A DNA stretch of 64,000 nt from Desulfuromonadales bacterium (lineage in GTDB: Bacteria; Desulfobacterota; Desulfuromonadia; Desulfuromonadales; SZUA-540), in NCBI GenBank assembly GCA_033549025.1, contig JAWSUS010000006.1:90064-154063 (forward strand). The letters run 5' to 3'. Below are positions 41,045 to 50,235 of this stretch, piece after piece. The translations under genes and the position numbers were made by a program. Numbering within the stretch: position 1 is the stretch's first letter; every line of letters begins with the position of its first letter. Under the pieces are notes generated by a model. The model saw only the letters and a list, made by a program, of their open reading frames with translations, searched no databases and was not told the DNA's origin.

Positions 41045-41833
41045 ATGTTGACTTACCCTCAGATTGATCCGATCATTTTTCAAATCGGGCCCCTTGCCGT
41101 TCGCTGGTATGGCATGATGTACCTTTTGGGGTTCATTATTTCCTATTTCATCATAGGGCATTTGTCTCGCCAGCGCGGTCTGGGAATGGACCGGGATGGG
41201 GTGTCTGATCTTCTTTTCTATGCCGCCCTTGGAGTTATCCTGGGGGGACGGCTTGGATACACGCTCTTTTACAAGTTTTCCTATTATCTTTCCCATCCGC
41301 TGGAAATTCTGGCCGTATGGGAAGGGGGGATGAGTTTTCACGGGGGTCTGCTCGGTGTGGTGGTCGCGGTGATGTTGTTTTGCAAACGTCGACAAATTTC
41401 CGTGTTGTTGACTGGTGACATCCTGGTTACTGCCGCTGCGGTTGGCCTCGGGTTGGGGCGGCTCGGCAATTTTATTAACGGGGAATTGTGGGGGCGGGTG
41501 ACGGATGTGCCCTGGGGCATGGTTTTTCCGCAGGCCGGCCTGCTGCCCAGGCATCCCAGTCAGCTTTATGAGGCTTTTCTGGAGGGGCTCGTCCTCTTTG
41601 TGGTCCTGTGGCTGTTTCACCGGAAAAATCCCCGCCCCGGCATTCCTTTTTTTACCTTTTTTCTATTGTATGGAGTGTTTCGCTTCGGGGTCGAATTTTT
41701 CAGGCAACCGGACGAACATCTCGGTTTTCTCTGGGCCGGTGCCACCATGGGGCAGTTGCTTTCCCTGCCAATGGTCCTGGTCGGCGTGATTGGTCTGTGG
41801 GTCATCCACCAAGGAAATAAACGACATGTCTAA
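41045..41833 (+). CDS. lgt: Prolipoprotein diacylglyceryl transferase
   Basis: VRWYG, GGRLGY, GGMSFHGG, GRLGNFINGELWGR, HPSQLYE, MGQLLS. Confidence 0.97.
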   Translation: MLTYPQIDPIIFQIGPLAVRWYGMMYLLGFIISYFIIGHLSRQRGLGMDRDGVSDLLFYAALGVILGGRLGYTLFYKFSYYLSHPLEILAVWEGGMSFHGGLLGVVVAVMLFCKRRQISVLLTGDILVTAAAVGLGLGRLGNFINGELWGRVTDVPWGMVFPQAGLLPRHPSQLYEAFLEGLVLFVVLWLFHRKNPRPGIPFFTFFLLYGVFRFGVEFFRQPDEHLGFLWAGATMGQLLSLPMVLVGVIGLWVIHQGNKRHV

Positions 41834-42446
41834 GGTTCGCGGCCTCATCTTTGATTGTGACGGGGTTCTTTTTGAAAGTCGGGCTGCCAACCTGGCTTAT
41901 TACAACCGGGTTCTTGCCCACTTTGGCGCCGAAGAAGTCACACCGGAAGACACAAGCCGCGCCCATCTCTGCCACACGGCAGCCAGTCCGCAGGTTTTTA
42001 AAGGCCTGTTGGGGGCGCCACTCGTGGCAGATGCCCTAGAGGTCGCCTCGCAACTCGATTACCGGCAGTTTATCCCCTTCATGGTCCCAGAGCCGCAACT
42101 CTATCCAACCCTCGAAACTTTGGCGCAAAATTTCCCGCTGGCTGTCGCGACCAATCGCGGCAACAGCATGGAAGAGATTCTACGCCATTTTGAACTGGAC
42201 CGTTTTTTCCAGGTGGTGGTGACCAGTCGCGACGTACCCAGGCCCAAGCCCTATCCGGACATGCTTTTTCTGGCGGCGGAGCGCCTGGGGCTGCCCTGTC
42301 GGGATCTGCTCTTTGTGGGTGATTCAGATCTGGACCACGAAGCGGCCCGGGGGGCGGGGGTCCGATTCGTGGCCTATAAGGGGGCGATGGCGGGGGATCT
42401 CACCATCCATGAGCATGCTGAACTTGTGTCTTACCTTGCCTGCTAA
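41826..42446 (+). CDS. HAD-superfamily hydrolase
   Basis: FDCDGVL, ATNR, KPYP, VGDS..D. Confidence 0.9.
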   Translation: MSKVRGLIFDCDGVLFESRAANLAYYNRVLAHFGAEEVTPEDTSRAHLCHTAASPQVFKGLLGAPLVADALEVASQLDYRQFIPFMVPEPQLYPTLETLAQNFPLAVATNRGNSMEEILRHFELDRFFQVVVTSRDVPRPKPYPDMLFLAAERLGLPCRDLLFVGDSDLDHEAARGAGVRFVAYKGAMAGDLTIHEHAELVSYLAC

Positions 42447-42862
42447 TGAAACTTCTTTTCCATGACCAGCACATGGCCCTTGCCGTGTTTACGGTAGACA
42501 ACCTGATCCATGAGAGCGCGAATAATATAGACGCCCCGGCCGTGCTCATCGAGATTTTTGAAGTCAGGTGAGGGAAGGGAGTTGATGTCGAACCCTTGTC
42601 CCTCATCATAAACGAGGATTTTGAGGGTTTTCTCCATGATGGAGATGGTGATGTGCAGCTCCTTGCCAGGATCGTCTTCGTTGGCGTGTCGTATGGCATT
42701 GGTCATGGCTTCCGTCAGGACCAGGTTCAGATGATAGGCCAGCTCTTCGCGATCTCCCTTGTATCGCTCCAAGGTCATGGCAAGGCCTTCCCCGATTTTC
42801 CCGATCAGGCTCAGGTACCGTGTTTGATTGGGAACCTTAATGTCCACCTCTATTTTTTCCAT
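42443..42862 (-). CDS. RsbW/SpoIIAB-like anti-sigma factor Ser kinase
   Basis: N-box EAMTNAIRHA, G1 DEGQGF, G2 GRGVYII; 139 aa stand-alone protein. Confidence 0.9.
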   Translation of the reverse strand: MEKIEVDIKVPNQTRYLSLIGKIGEGLAMTLERYKGDREELAYHLNLVLTEAMTNAIRHANEDDPGKELHITISIMEKTLKILVYDEGQGFDINSLPSPDFKNLDEHGRGVYIIRALMDQVVYRKHGKGHVLVMEKKFH

Positions 42863-42887
42863 TGTAATCCCCCCGGAAAATGGATGT

Positions 42888-43223
42888 TTAAAAACTGCTC
42901 AGGGCTTCTTCCGTTCCCGGGAAAATTTCAAAAACGCGGTGAAGACGGGTCAGCTCAAACATGGAACGGACCTGAGGTTGTAAACCGCTGAGTTTAAGAT
43001 TGCCGTTGCGGGCGCTGGCGTTTTTAAAACCCGAAACCAGAGCGCCGAGCCCGGAGGAGTCGACAAAGCGGACTTCGCCCAGATCCACCACGATGTCATT
43101 CTTGCCCTCCTCAAAAAGATTGAGCATCTGGGCTTTCAGGTCGCTGCTGTTGTGGGCATCCAATCTCTCTTCCTTGATCTCAATCAGTACGACTGCGCCT
43201 TTGTCTTCGATGTTCAAAATCAT
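42888..43223 (-). CDS. STAS domain anti-anti-sigma factor (RsbV/SpoIIAA-like)
   Basis: DLGEVRFVDSSGLGAL containing the phosphoacceptor Ser; FELTRL. Confidence 0.92.
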   Translation of the reverse strand: MILNIEDKGAVVLIEIKEERLDAHNSSDLKAQMLNLFEEGKNDIVVDLGEVRFVDSSGLGALVSGFKNASARNGNLKLSGLQPQVRSMFELTRLHRVFEIFPGTEEALSSF

Positions 43224-43318
43224 GGTTCGTCTCCTGTCGATGATGAATGGGGCTGAATAACCTACCGAAATATTTATAACATATCCGACACTTTATTGAA
43301 ATCGGCACGTTTTCCTTT

Positions 43319-46300
43319 TTAGGCGTTGATCTTTAGCACAACGAGGGATACATCGTCATTGAAATGACGATTCCCGGTGAACAGGCGAATCTGGTTCAGC
43401 AGGCTTTCAATGATCTCGGCTGGAGGAAGTGTTTCGGAAGCTTCCAGCAGTTGGCACAGGCGCTCCTCTCCAAAGAGCTCACCGTCGGCATTGGCCGCCT
43501 CCGTTAGGCCATCCGTGTACATGAGCAACACGTCCCCTTTTGTCAGCAGGGTTTTCTTCTCTTCAAATTCCACAGTTTGTTTGACACCGAAGATGAGACC
43601 TTCGGCATCCAGCCGTTCGCAGGTTTCCCGATCCCTGTTGGCAATAAGGGGCGGGTTGTGACCAGCATTTGAATAAATGAGGGTTTTGGTAACTGGGTCG
43701 AATTTGACATAAAACATGGTGATGAAAAGTTCGGCGCGAGTGAGGTCTTCATAGAAAAACTCGTTGATCGCCGTCATGACTCCGCTGGTGTTGCCTATGC
43801 TCTGTGTGCGGGACTGAATGAAGGTCCGGGTTTCAGCCATAATCAGGGCGGCACCAATGTTATGACCGGAGACATCGGCTATCACCAGGTCCAGTTTGCC
43901 GTCATCCCGGGGAAGAAAATCGTAGTAGTCTCCACCCACCTGCCGGGCGGGTACGCACAACCCCGCGAGGCTGATCCCGTCTATCTGGGGTGTTTTGGTC
44001 GGCAGCAGGCCAAGCTGGATGGTTTTGGCAATTTGCAGTTCCCGTTCATGCTCCTTGGCCTTGATCAGATCCTCAGTCTGTTGGGCGTTGCGCCAGGCGA
44101 TGCCGATTTGCCCGGCCAGACTGTCGAAAAGTTCGATAAATTCTTCGGTAAAGATCCCCTTGGATGAACGGGAAAAACAGGACAACACGCCAATGGGCTG
44201 CCCCTCGATGGAAATGGGGGCATGGGCGAAAGACTGGAAGCCTTCGGGCCCGGCAATATTTTCGGCTTCCGGTTTGTCCAGCAAGTCGCAGTCGTTTTCA
44301 ATTTTGGTTTTATTGTCCAGAAACGCCTCGCCGATACAGGTTTCACGATTCAGGTCCCGCGGCGAGAGGGCGCGCTTGGTGCGCGCTTTGCCCCGTTGGC
44401 TGACTACGCTCAGGGTGTTGGTCTGGTCATCCAGAAAGCGGACGACGCATAAGTCGAACTTGAACTGCTGAAGGAGAAGTTCAAGAATATTGTCCAGGAT
44501 AATCTTCAGGCTTTCCCCGCTGGCCACCAGGCGGGCGGATTCATACAGGACGCTGAGCTGGTCGCGACTGGCCGTTCTGCTGAGGGTGACGGTTCCAAAG
44601 ATGTCAAAAACGTCCTCCATCTTGCTGCCTTTGGTCGCCAGATAGTTTTCAATGATGATCCTGGCGGGGGCGGCCCCGACGGATCCGGCCAGCGTCCGTT
44701 CGGTGAACCTTTTCAGGGCGGGCAGTTCATATTCCGACAGGCTCCCTTTTTCATCGATATCCCGGTCATGGAGGTATTCCGCCATGGCGGCATGGGCCTG
44801 CTTTTCGCCGATGAACTTGGTCATGAGTTCGATGAACTCAACCAGCGTAGGTGCCCCGCTGAGTCTCTTGCGCTGGGGGGGCTCTTTGGCAGGTTCAAAG
44901 GCATTGATGAACTTGTCGGCCTGGCCGATCTCTCTTTTGCAGGGTTTGGTCAGTAGCGAGAAGGTCAAAAAGGCCCCGAGATTGAAAAACATGGTCCAGA
45001 AGAGGGCGTGTGTCCAGGTGTCGAATCCAGAGAGACCGAAAAGCTCTTGAGGCCTAAGCAGGGTAAGTCCAAACAGGCCGTCGGTCAGAATGTGGCTCTC
45101 CAGCCACCCGGCCTGCACAAATGCGGGCAGCAGCAGCGTGTAGAACCAGAGGGCGAAACCAAAAATCAAACCGGCGGTAGCCCCTTTGCGGGTCGCTCTT
45201 TTCCAGAAAAGACCGCCCAGGATGGCCGGCGCAAACTGGGTAGCCGCCATGAAGGAAATCAGGCCGATATTGACCAGGGCGCTGTATTCGCCGGCCAGTC
45301 GGTAGTAGAGATAGCCCAGAAAGATGACGGCAAAAATGCCGAGCCGTTTGATGTTGATCAGCAGGCGGGAGAGATCCCGTGCGCCGAAATTGAAACGGTT
45401 GATGACCGGCATGACCAGATAGTTGTGCACCATGGTGGAGAGGGCGACGGACTCCACCATGACCATGCCGGCGGAAGCGGAAAATCCCCCGATAAAGACC
45501 AGCATGGCCAGCCAGGGATGTCCCGTGACCAGCGGCAGGCTGACGACAAAGTAGTCGGCGCCGGCGGATTCCCCTCCGGTAAGGAGCAGGCCGCCAAGGG
45601 CGATAGGGATGACGAAGAGGTTCATCAGGAACATATAGGCGGGAAAGCGCCACATGGCATCCCGAATGTGTTTTTCATCCGAGTTCTCAATGACCATGAT
45701 ATGAAATTGGCGGGGCAGAAACATCACGGCCATCATGGAAATAAAGGTCAGGGAGAACCACATGGGGTAGGGGATGGAAGCCGTACCGAGCAGGAGAAGA
45801 TCCTTGCGCTCTGGAAAGGTTTCCATGAATTTGGTGAAGATGTCGGCAAAACCGTCAAAGAGCCCGTAGGTGACAAAAATGCCGACGGATACAAAGGCCA
45901 CGATTTTTACGAGTGATTCCAGCGCAATGGCCGCCACCAAGCCTTCGTGGCGCTCAGAGGCATCGAGGTGTCTGGCGCCGAACAGAATACCGAAGAGGGT
46001 CAGCACCAAAGCGACGATAAAAGCGGTGTCAATGTAAGGAGGCAGGACGGGAATAAGATCGCTGAGGCCGTGTCCAATGGCTTCCGGCGGAGCGGAGAGC
46101 AGATCAAAGGTATAGGCAACGGCCTTAAGCTGCAGGGCGATGTAGGGCATGACGCCAATGACGGCGAAAATCGTAACGACCGCCCCCAGAAAGGCCGATT
46201 TGCCGTAACGGCTCGCTATAAAGTCGGCAATAGTGACGATATTCTGATCTTTGCTGATGCGGACCATTTTGCGCAGGATAATCCACCAGCTGAAGGCTAT

Positions 46301-46534
46301 GAGTGTTGGGCCAAGATAGATCGGGAGAAAATCGAGACCGGAGGTGGCGGCCCGACCCACACTTCCGTAAAAGGTCCAGGAGGTAAAATAGACGGCCAGG
46401 GAGAGAGAATAGATGTAACTGTTCGAAATGATGCTTTGCCCGGCCTTTCGCTTTCTGTCGGCGTAGTAAGCGACAGCGAAGAGCAGGCCGAAGTAGGCGA
46501 GAGTGACAGATGTGACTAAAGCGACGGGCAGCAC
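43319..46534 (-). CDS. Sodium:solute symporter (SLC5)-STAC-GAF-PP2C/SpoIIE phosphatase fusion
   Basis: CbrA/CrbS-type SLC5 N-terminus (YSLSLAVYFTSWTFYGSVG, IADFIASRYG, PYIALQLKA, LPRQFH); STAC-like (KFIG...ERTLAGSVGAAPAR); GAF; PP2C (VGGDYYD, IADVSGH, NAGH, YTDGLTEA, DDVSL). Confidence 0.9.
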   Translation of the reverse strand: MLPVALVTSVTLAYFGLLFAVAYYADRKRKAGQSIISNSYIYSLSLAVYFTSWTFYGSVGRAATSGLDFLPIYLGPTLIAFSWWIILRKMVRISKDQNIVTIADFIASRYGKSAFLGAVVTIFAVIGVMPYIALQLKAVAYTFDLLSAPPEAIGHGLSDLIPVLPPYIDTAFIVALVLTLFGILFGARHLDASERHEGLVAAIALESLVKIVAFVSVGIFVTYGLFDGFADIFTKFMETFPERKDLLLLGTASIPYPMWFSLTFISMMAVMFLPRQFHIMVIENSDEKHIRDAMWRFPAYMFLMNLFVIPIALGGLLLTGGESAGADYFVVSLPLVTGHPWLAMLVFIGGFSASAGMVMVESVALSTMVHNYLVMPVINRFNFGARDLSRLLINIKRLGIFAVIFLGYLYYRLAGEYSALVNIGLISFMAATQFAPAILGGLFWKRATRKGATAGLIFGFALWFYTLLLPAFVQAGWLESHILTDGLFGLTLLRPQELFGLSGFDTWTHALFWTMFFNLGAFLTFSLLTKPCKREIGQADKFINAFEPAKEPPQRKRLSGAPTLVEFIELMTKFIGEKQAHAAMAEYLHDRDIDEKGSLSEYELPALKRFTERTLAGSVGAAPARIIIENYLATKGSKMEDVFDIFGTVTLSRTASRDQLSVLYESARLVASGESLKIILDNILELLLQQFKFDLCVVRFLDDQTNTLSVVSQRGKARTKRALSPRDLNRETCIGEAFLDNKTKIENDCDLLDKPEAENIAGPEGFQSFAHAPISIEGQPIGVLSCFSRSSKGIFTEEFIELFDSLAGQIGIAWRNAQQTEDLIKAKEHERELQIAKTIQLGLLPTKTPQIDGISLAGLCVPARQVGGDYYDFLPRDDGKLDLVIADVSGHNIGAALIMAETRTFIQSRTQSIGNTSGVMTAINEFFYEDLTRAELFITMFYVKFDPVTKTLIYSNAGHNPPLIANRDRETCERLDAEGLIFGVKQTVEFEEKKTLLTKGDVLLMYTDGLTEAANADGELFGEERLCQLLEASETLPPAEIIESLLNQIRLFTGNRHFNDDVSLVVLKINA

Positions 46535-46789
46535 TCAGCGAGCATCCTTTTCGTCTTCAGATTGGGTGGGGGCGCCATTGTGGCCGGTCTTGAGGGTACG
46601 GGTGAAAAAGTAGACTACGGCAATGGAGGCAGGCCATCCCACGAGGAGGTAGAGGATAAGCAGAGGTATCCCGAAGAGGGTGGTTTCTTTATTGAAAATA
46701 TGGATGAAGGGGTAGTTGATCATCACCAGGCCCAGGATGAAAAAAAGGATCCAAGCGTCCCTGAGCTGTATGGGATAGTGTTCTTTCAT
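46535..46789 (-). CDS. Small two-TM membrane protein, probable SLC5 accessory subunit
   Basis: 84 aa, two hydrophobic helices around FGIP; stop codon abuts the GTG of the SLC5 fusion. Confidence 0.75.
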   Translation of the reverse strand: MKEHYPIQLRDAWILFFILGLVMINYPFIHIFNKETTLFGIPLLILYLLVGWPASIAVVYFFTRTLKTGHNGAPTQSEDEKDAR

Positions 46790-48357
46790 GAGTGAGACCT
46801 CGCCGTGCCTAGGATGCGCTGCAAGATTTTCTGAACAGTATAATCAACATCTTGTGATGTGTCGACTCTTATAACCTCGGAGCCCTTATGGACCGGGTCA
46901 AAACTGGCGGCCTGCTCGTCGTACAGCTCCCGGCGGCCATCCGAGGCATCCATCGCCTGTTCTTTCCGCCGGTCGAGACGGCTCAAGGCTGTTTCGGCGG
47001 GGCATTCCGTGACGATCAGGAAAAGAGGAACGCCTCGTTGGCGGGCCATCTCGAAAAAACGGGAACGTTGGTCGTACTGGGAAAAAGATGCGTCCACGAC
47101 CACAGATTGTCCCTCCTGTAGGGCCCCTTCGGCCCTATCAAGAAGTGCCTCGTAGGTTCTCTGGGTGGCACTGCGTGCGTAGAGGCCCTGGTTGAAAGCA
47201 TCTTCATGGCGGCTTAGAACCGGCAGCCCGTGGAGTTTTTTACGGACCTCGTCGGAACGCAGATGCCGGGCGTTGATGGCCTGGCATAGCCCTTCCGCCA
47301 GCGTGGTTTTTCCCGTTCCCATAAGGCCGCAGGTTAAAAGCATCAGTTGAGGGCAGAGATAACCCAGGGCCAGGTTGAAATAGCGGCGCGCGAGAACTTT
47401 CGCGTCCAAGCGGACGGATTCAGCGGCCTCCGACTCTCCCGCTAGGATTGAATCGACTTTTCCCCTTACAAAAGCCCGGTAAACCTTGAAGAAGGGCAGC
47501 AGCTCCTCCCGGCCGGCGCCCAGGTCTATATGGGCGCTGTAGGCCTCTAAAAAGGCGCTGGCCAGATCCCACCGCCCCCTGAATTCCAGATCCATCAATA
47601 AAAAGGCGGTATCTTCCACAATATCACCGATACGAAAGCGGTCACTGAATTCAATGCAGTCGTAAATACAGATCGGGTCGGTCAGGCAGATATGCTCGGC
47701 GTGCAGGTCTCCGTGCCCGTCGCGCACGAAGCCCTGTTCTTCCCTGGTTGTCAGCACGGCCCCTTTCTCTTTGAGAAAGGTTTCAACCCAGTCCTGGAGA
47801 ATGGTCTTTGCCCGGGCTTCTATCGTGAAGCCCACATAGGGTTCGATCTGGGAGAAGTTTTCTTCCCAGTTGTATGCGGTCTTTTTTCTATAAAAAGGGG
47901 GGGACTGGCGGACTATCTCAGCCGATTTATGAAACAGGGCCAGCAGGCGGCCTAGAGGCGCCATGTCTTCTTCGAGGTGAGGATCCTTGATGTTGATCTG
48001 CCGGTCGAGCATCCGGTCCTCAGGCAGTCTTTTCATGAGGACGGTATATTCCTGGATTTCCCCGGGCCCCTTTAGCTGATAGCCCTTCTCGCCGAAATAG
48101 ATCGGAATCACGCCTAGGTAGGTTTGAGGGCACAGGCGGCGATTCAGACGGATTTCTTCAAGGCAGTATTGATGACGTTGGGCAAAGCTGGAAAAGTCAA
48201 CAAAACCAAGATTTAGGGCTTTTTTGATTTTATAGACGTGTCGGGAGGTGAAATAGAGGCGGGAAATATGCGTTTCGGTAAAAGTCACCGGACCTTTTTC
48301 ATCAGGATAAAAGGCCGATGTGAGCATCGCTTTATGGAGAAGAGCCTGTGCATCCAT
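46786..48357 (-). CDS. Bifunctional aminoglycoside-phosphotransferase-like kinase / P-loop (AAA_33) kinase
   Basis: ETHIS, YKIKK, GHGDLH, DCIEF; C-terminal Walker A GLMGTGKT, RSDEVRK, VVDASF. Start moved to ATG 48357 because longer starts overlap the divergent promoter and gene. Confidence 0.88.
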   Translation of the reverse strand: MDAQALLHKAMLTSAFYPDEKGPVTFTETHISRLYFTSRHVYKIKKALNLGFVDFSSFAQRHQYCLEEIRLNRRLCPQTYLGVIPIYFGEKGYQLKGPGEIQEYTVLMKRLPEDRMLDRQINIKDPHLEEDMAPLGRLLALFHKSAEIVRQSPPFYRKKTAYNWEENFSQIEPYVGFTIEARAKTILQDWVETFLKEKGAVLTTREEQGFVRDGHGDLHAEHICLTDPICIYDCIEFSDRFRIGDIVEDTAFLLMDLEFRGRWDLASAFLEAYSAHIDLGAGREELLPFFKVYRAFVRGKVDSILAGESEAAESVRLDAKVLARRYFNLALGYLCPQLMLLTCGLMGTGKTTLAEGLCQAINARHLRSDEVRKKLHGLPVLSRHEDAFNQGLYARSATQRTYEALLDRAEGALQEGQSVVVDASFSQYDQRSRFFEMARQRGVPLFLIVTECPAETALSRLDRRKEQAMDASDGRRELYDEQAASFDPVHKGSEVIRVDTSQDVDYTVQKILQRILGTARSHS

Positions 48358-48442
48358 GGAAAGCCTTGTTCTGTATGAGAGACCGGAAAATTTTAACAGA
48401 CGAAAGAGGGGTGTAAAGGGATGGGACCGGTCTGGAAAAAAA

Positions 48443-48471
48443 TTGACGCCCCAAAGTGAGTATGGTATCGT
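48443..48471 (+). promoter_or_regulatory. sigma70 promoter for the TPR-ABC gene cluster
   Basis: TTGACG-N17-TATCGT with an extended TG. Confidence 0.55.
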
Positions 48472-48538
48472 TTTGCCTCGTATTTTCAGTGGGTTTGGCA
48501 GTTTTAAGGGGTCGCAGCCCCATGGCTGGAGTTCATCT

Positions 48539-50233
48539 ATGAATCTTCGGATATATGTTGTTTTGTCCCTTCTCGTCTTGCTGGCTGGCTGTGCTTCGAC
48601 CACTGCCACTCCGCGGGAAGAGCTCCGGGAGGCGCCTTACGTTTCCCAGGTAACCGACAGCAAGGCCAAAGCCCTTCACTACTTCAGCCTTTACCGCCTG
48701 GCCGTTGCTGACCGGGATCTGGAAAGGGCGCAGGAAATGCTGGATGGCGCTCTTAAGGCCGATCCCGAATCCGCCTTCCTGAAGTATGCTCAGGCCCAGT
48801 TGGCCATACACCAGGGGAATGACGAAGGAGCGCTCAGGGCGGCCGAAGACGCCGTTATTCTTGATCCCGACTATGTCGATGCCCTGCTGTTTCTGGGCAG
48901 TCTCCATTTTGCCAAGGGCAACAACCGGCAGGCCGTCGAAAACCTCCAGCGGGTGGTTGACCTGGATCCCAAGGAGGAAAATGCTTTTTTGGAACTGGCG
49001 GTCTCGTACGCCCGCCTCGGCGACACCGAAAAAGCCATCGACCTTCTCACGCAGGCGATTGCCGATAACCCTGACTTTCACGCGGCCCTGCTCACCAAAG
49101 CTCGAATTTACCGCGAAATCGGCCTGACCGTTCCGGCGGAGGAGTCCTATCGTGAATTGATACGGAACAGGCCTGATCTCGAAACGGCCTACGTGGAGCT
49201 CGGCAGTCTTTATGAGGGGAAATCAGAGTCCTCCAAAGCCCTGCAGCTCTATCGTCAGGGAATAGCCGCCTTGCCTGAAAGTTTTGCTCTGCTCAACCGC
49301 CTGGCGCGTCTTTATATTCTTGAAAATCGCCTGGACGAAGCGCTGTCCGAGCTGCAGAGGATCGTCACCTTGAATCCGGGCGAAGCGGAAGCCTGGCAGA
49401 AGATAGGCCTGGTCTATCTGGAGCAGGAACGGTTCGCAGAAGCGGCAGCGGTCTTCCGGACGTTGCTGAAAAACAATCCTCATCTGGAACAGGCGAGCTT
49501 TTACCTGGGATCGGCCCTGGAGAGACTGGAAGATTGGCAACCGGCGCTTGAGGCTTTTTCCGCCATTTCGGAAGAATCCGAACTCTATGCTGATGCCCGC
49601 TACCACATGAGTTATCTTTATTTTCGTCTGGGAAGCACAGCGCAAGCCATCACGGTTCTGAACGATGTTTTTTCTCACGGGGCCGGGCGTCCCGACGCCT
49701 ATGCCTTTTTGGCTTCGCTTTATGAAGGTGAAAAGCGTTACGAGGAGGCGCTTTCAACCCTGCAGGAGGGGCTGACACTTTTTCCCGAAAGTGCCGACCT
49801 TTATTATCAGCTGGGACTTGTGCATGAAAAAGCCGGACAGCGAGCAAAGGCTCTGGAGGCTATGCGACTGGCATTGGGTGTTAACCCTGAGCATGCCGAA
49901 GCCCTCAATTTTATCGCCTATCACCATGCGGAAATCGGTGAGAATCTGAATGAAGCTCTGGAGCTGGTGCAAAGAGCCCTGTCTATCAAGAAAGAAGGGC
50001 ACATCGTCGATACCCTGGGTTGGGTTTATTTCAGGATGGGACGCTTCAGCGAGGCCGTGACGGCGCTGGAAGAAGCCGCTGCCTTTTTGCCCCAGGATCC
50101 GGTTGTTCTTCATCATCTGGCCGATGCCTATGCTGCCGCCGGAGCCATCGACAAAGCCCGGCAGACCTATGAAGACGTCCTCCGTCTTGATCCTGAGGCG
50201 GCAGGGGTTCACGAAAAGTTGCGGGGACTTTAA
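48539..50233 (+). CDS. TPR-repeat lipoprotein
   Basis: Lipobox LAGC; many TPRs; C-terminal ALNFIAY..A and DTLGWVYF. Confidence 0.9.
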   Translation: MNLRIYVVLSLLVLLAGCASTTATPREELREAPYVSQVTDSKAKALHYFSLYRLAVADRDLERAQEMLDGALKADPESAFLKYAQAQLAIHQGNDEGALRAAEDAVILDPDYVDALLFLGSLHFAKGNNRQAVENLQRVVDLDPKEENAFLELAVSYARLGDTEKAIDLLTQAIADNPDFHAALLTKARIYREIGLTVPAEESYRELIRNRPDLETAYVELGSLYEGKSESSKALQLYRQGIAALPESFALLNRLARLYILENRLDEALSELQRIVTLNPGEAEAWQKIGLVYLEQERFAEAAAVFRTLLKNNPHLEQASFYLGSALERLEDWQPALEAFSAISEESELYADARYHMSYLYFRLGSTAQAITVLNDVFSHGAGRPDAYAFLASLYEGEKRYEEALSTLQEGLTLFPESADLYYQLGLVHEKAGQRAKALEAMRLALGVNPEHAEALNFIAYHHAEIGENLNEALELVQRALSIKKEGHIVDTLGWVYFRMGRFSEAVTALEEAAAFLPQDPVVLHHLADAYAAAGAIDKARQTYEDVLRLDPEAAGVHEKLRGL

Positions 50234-50235
50234 GG

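Noticed and set aside
43301..43325. GCCGAT resembling a sigma28 -10 element upstream of the STAS gene
   Set aside because: No TAAA at the required 15-nt spacing.
48320..48609. Apparent head-to-head overlap of the 607-aa and 637-aa ORFs
   Set aside because: Artefact of longest-ORF starts. The likely starts are 48357 (-) and 48539 (+), leaving a divergent promoter region.
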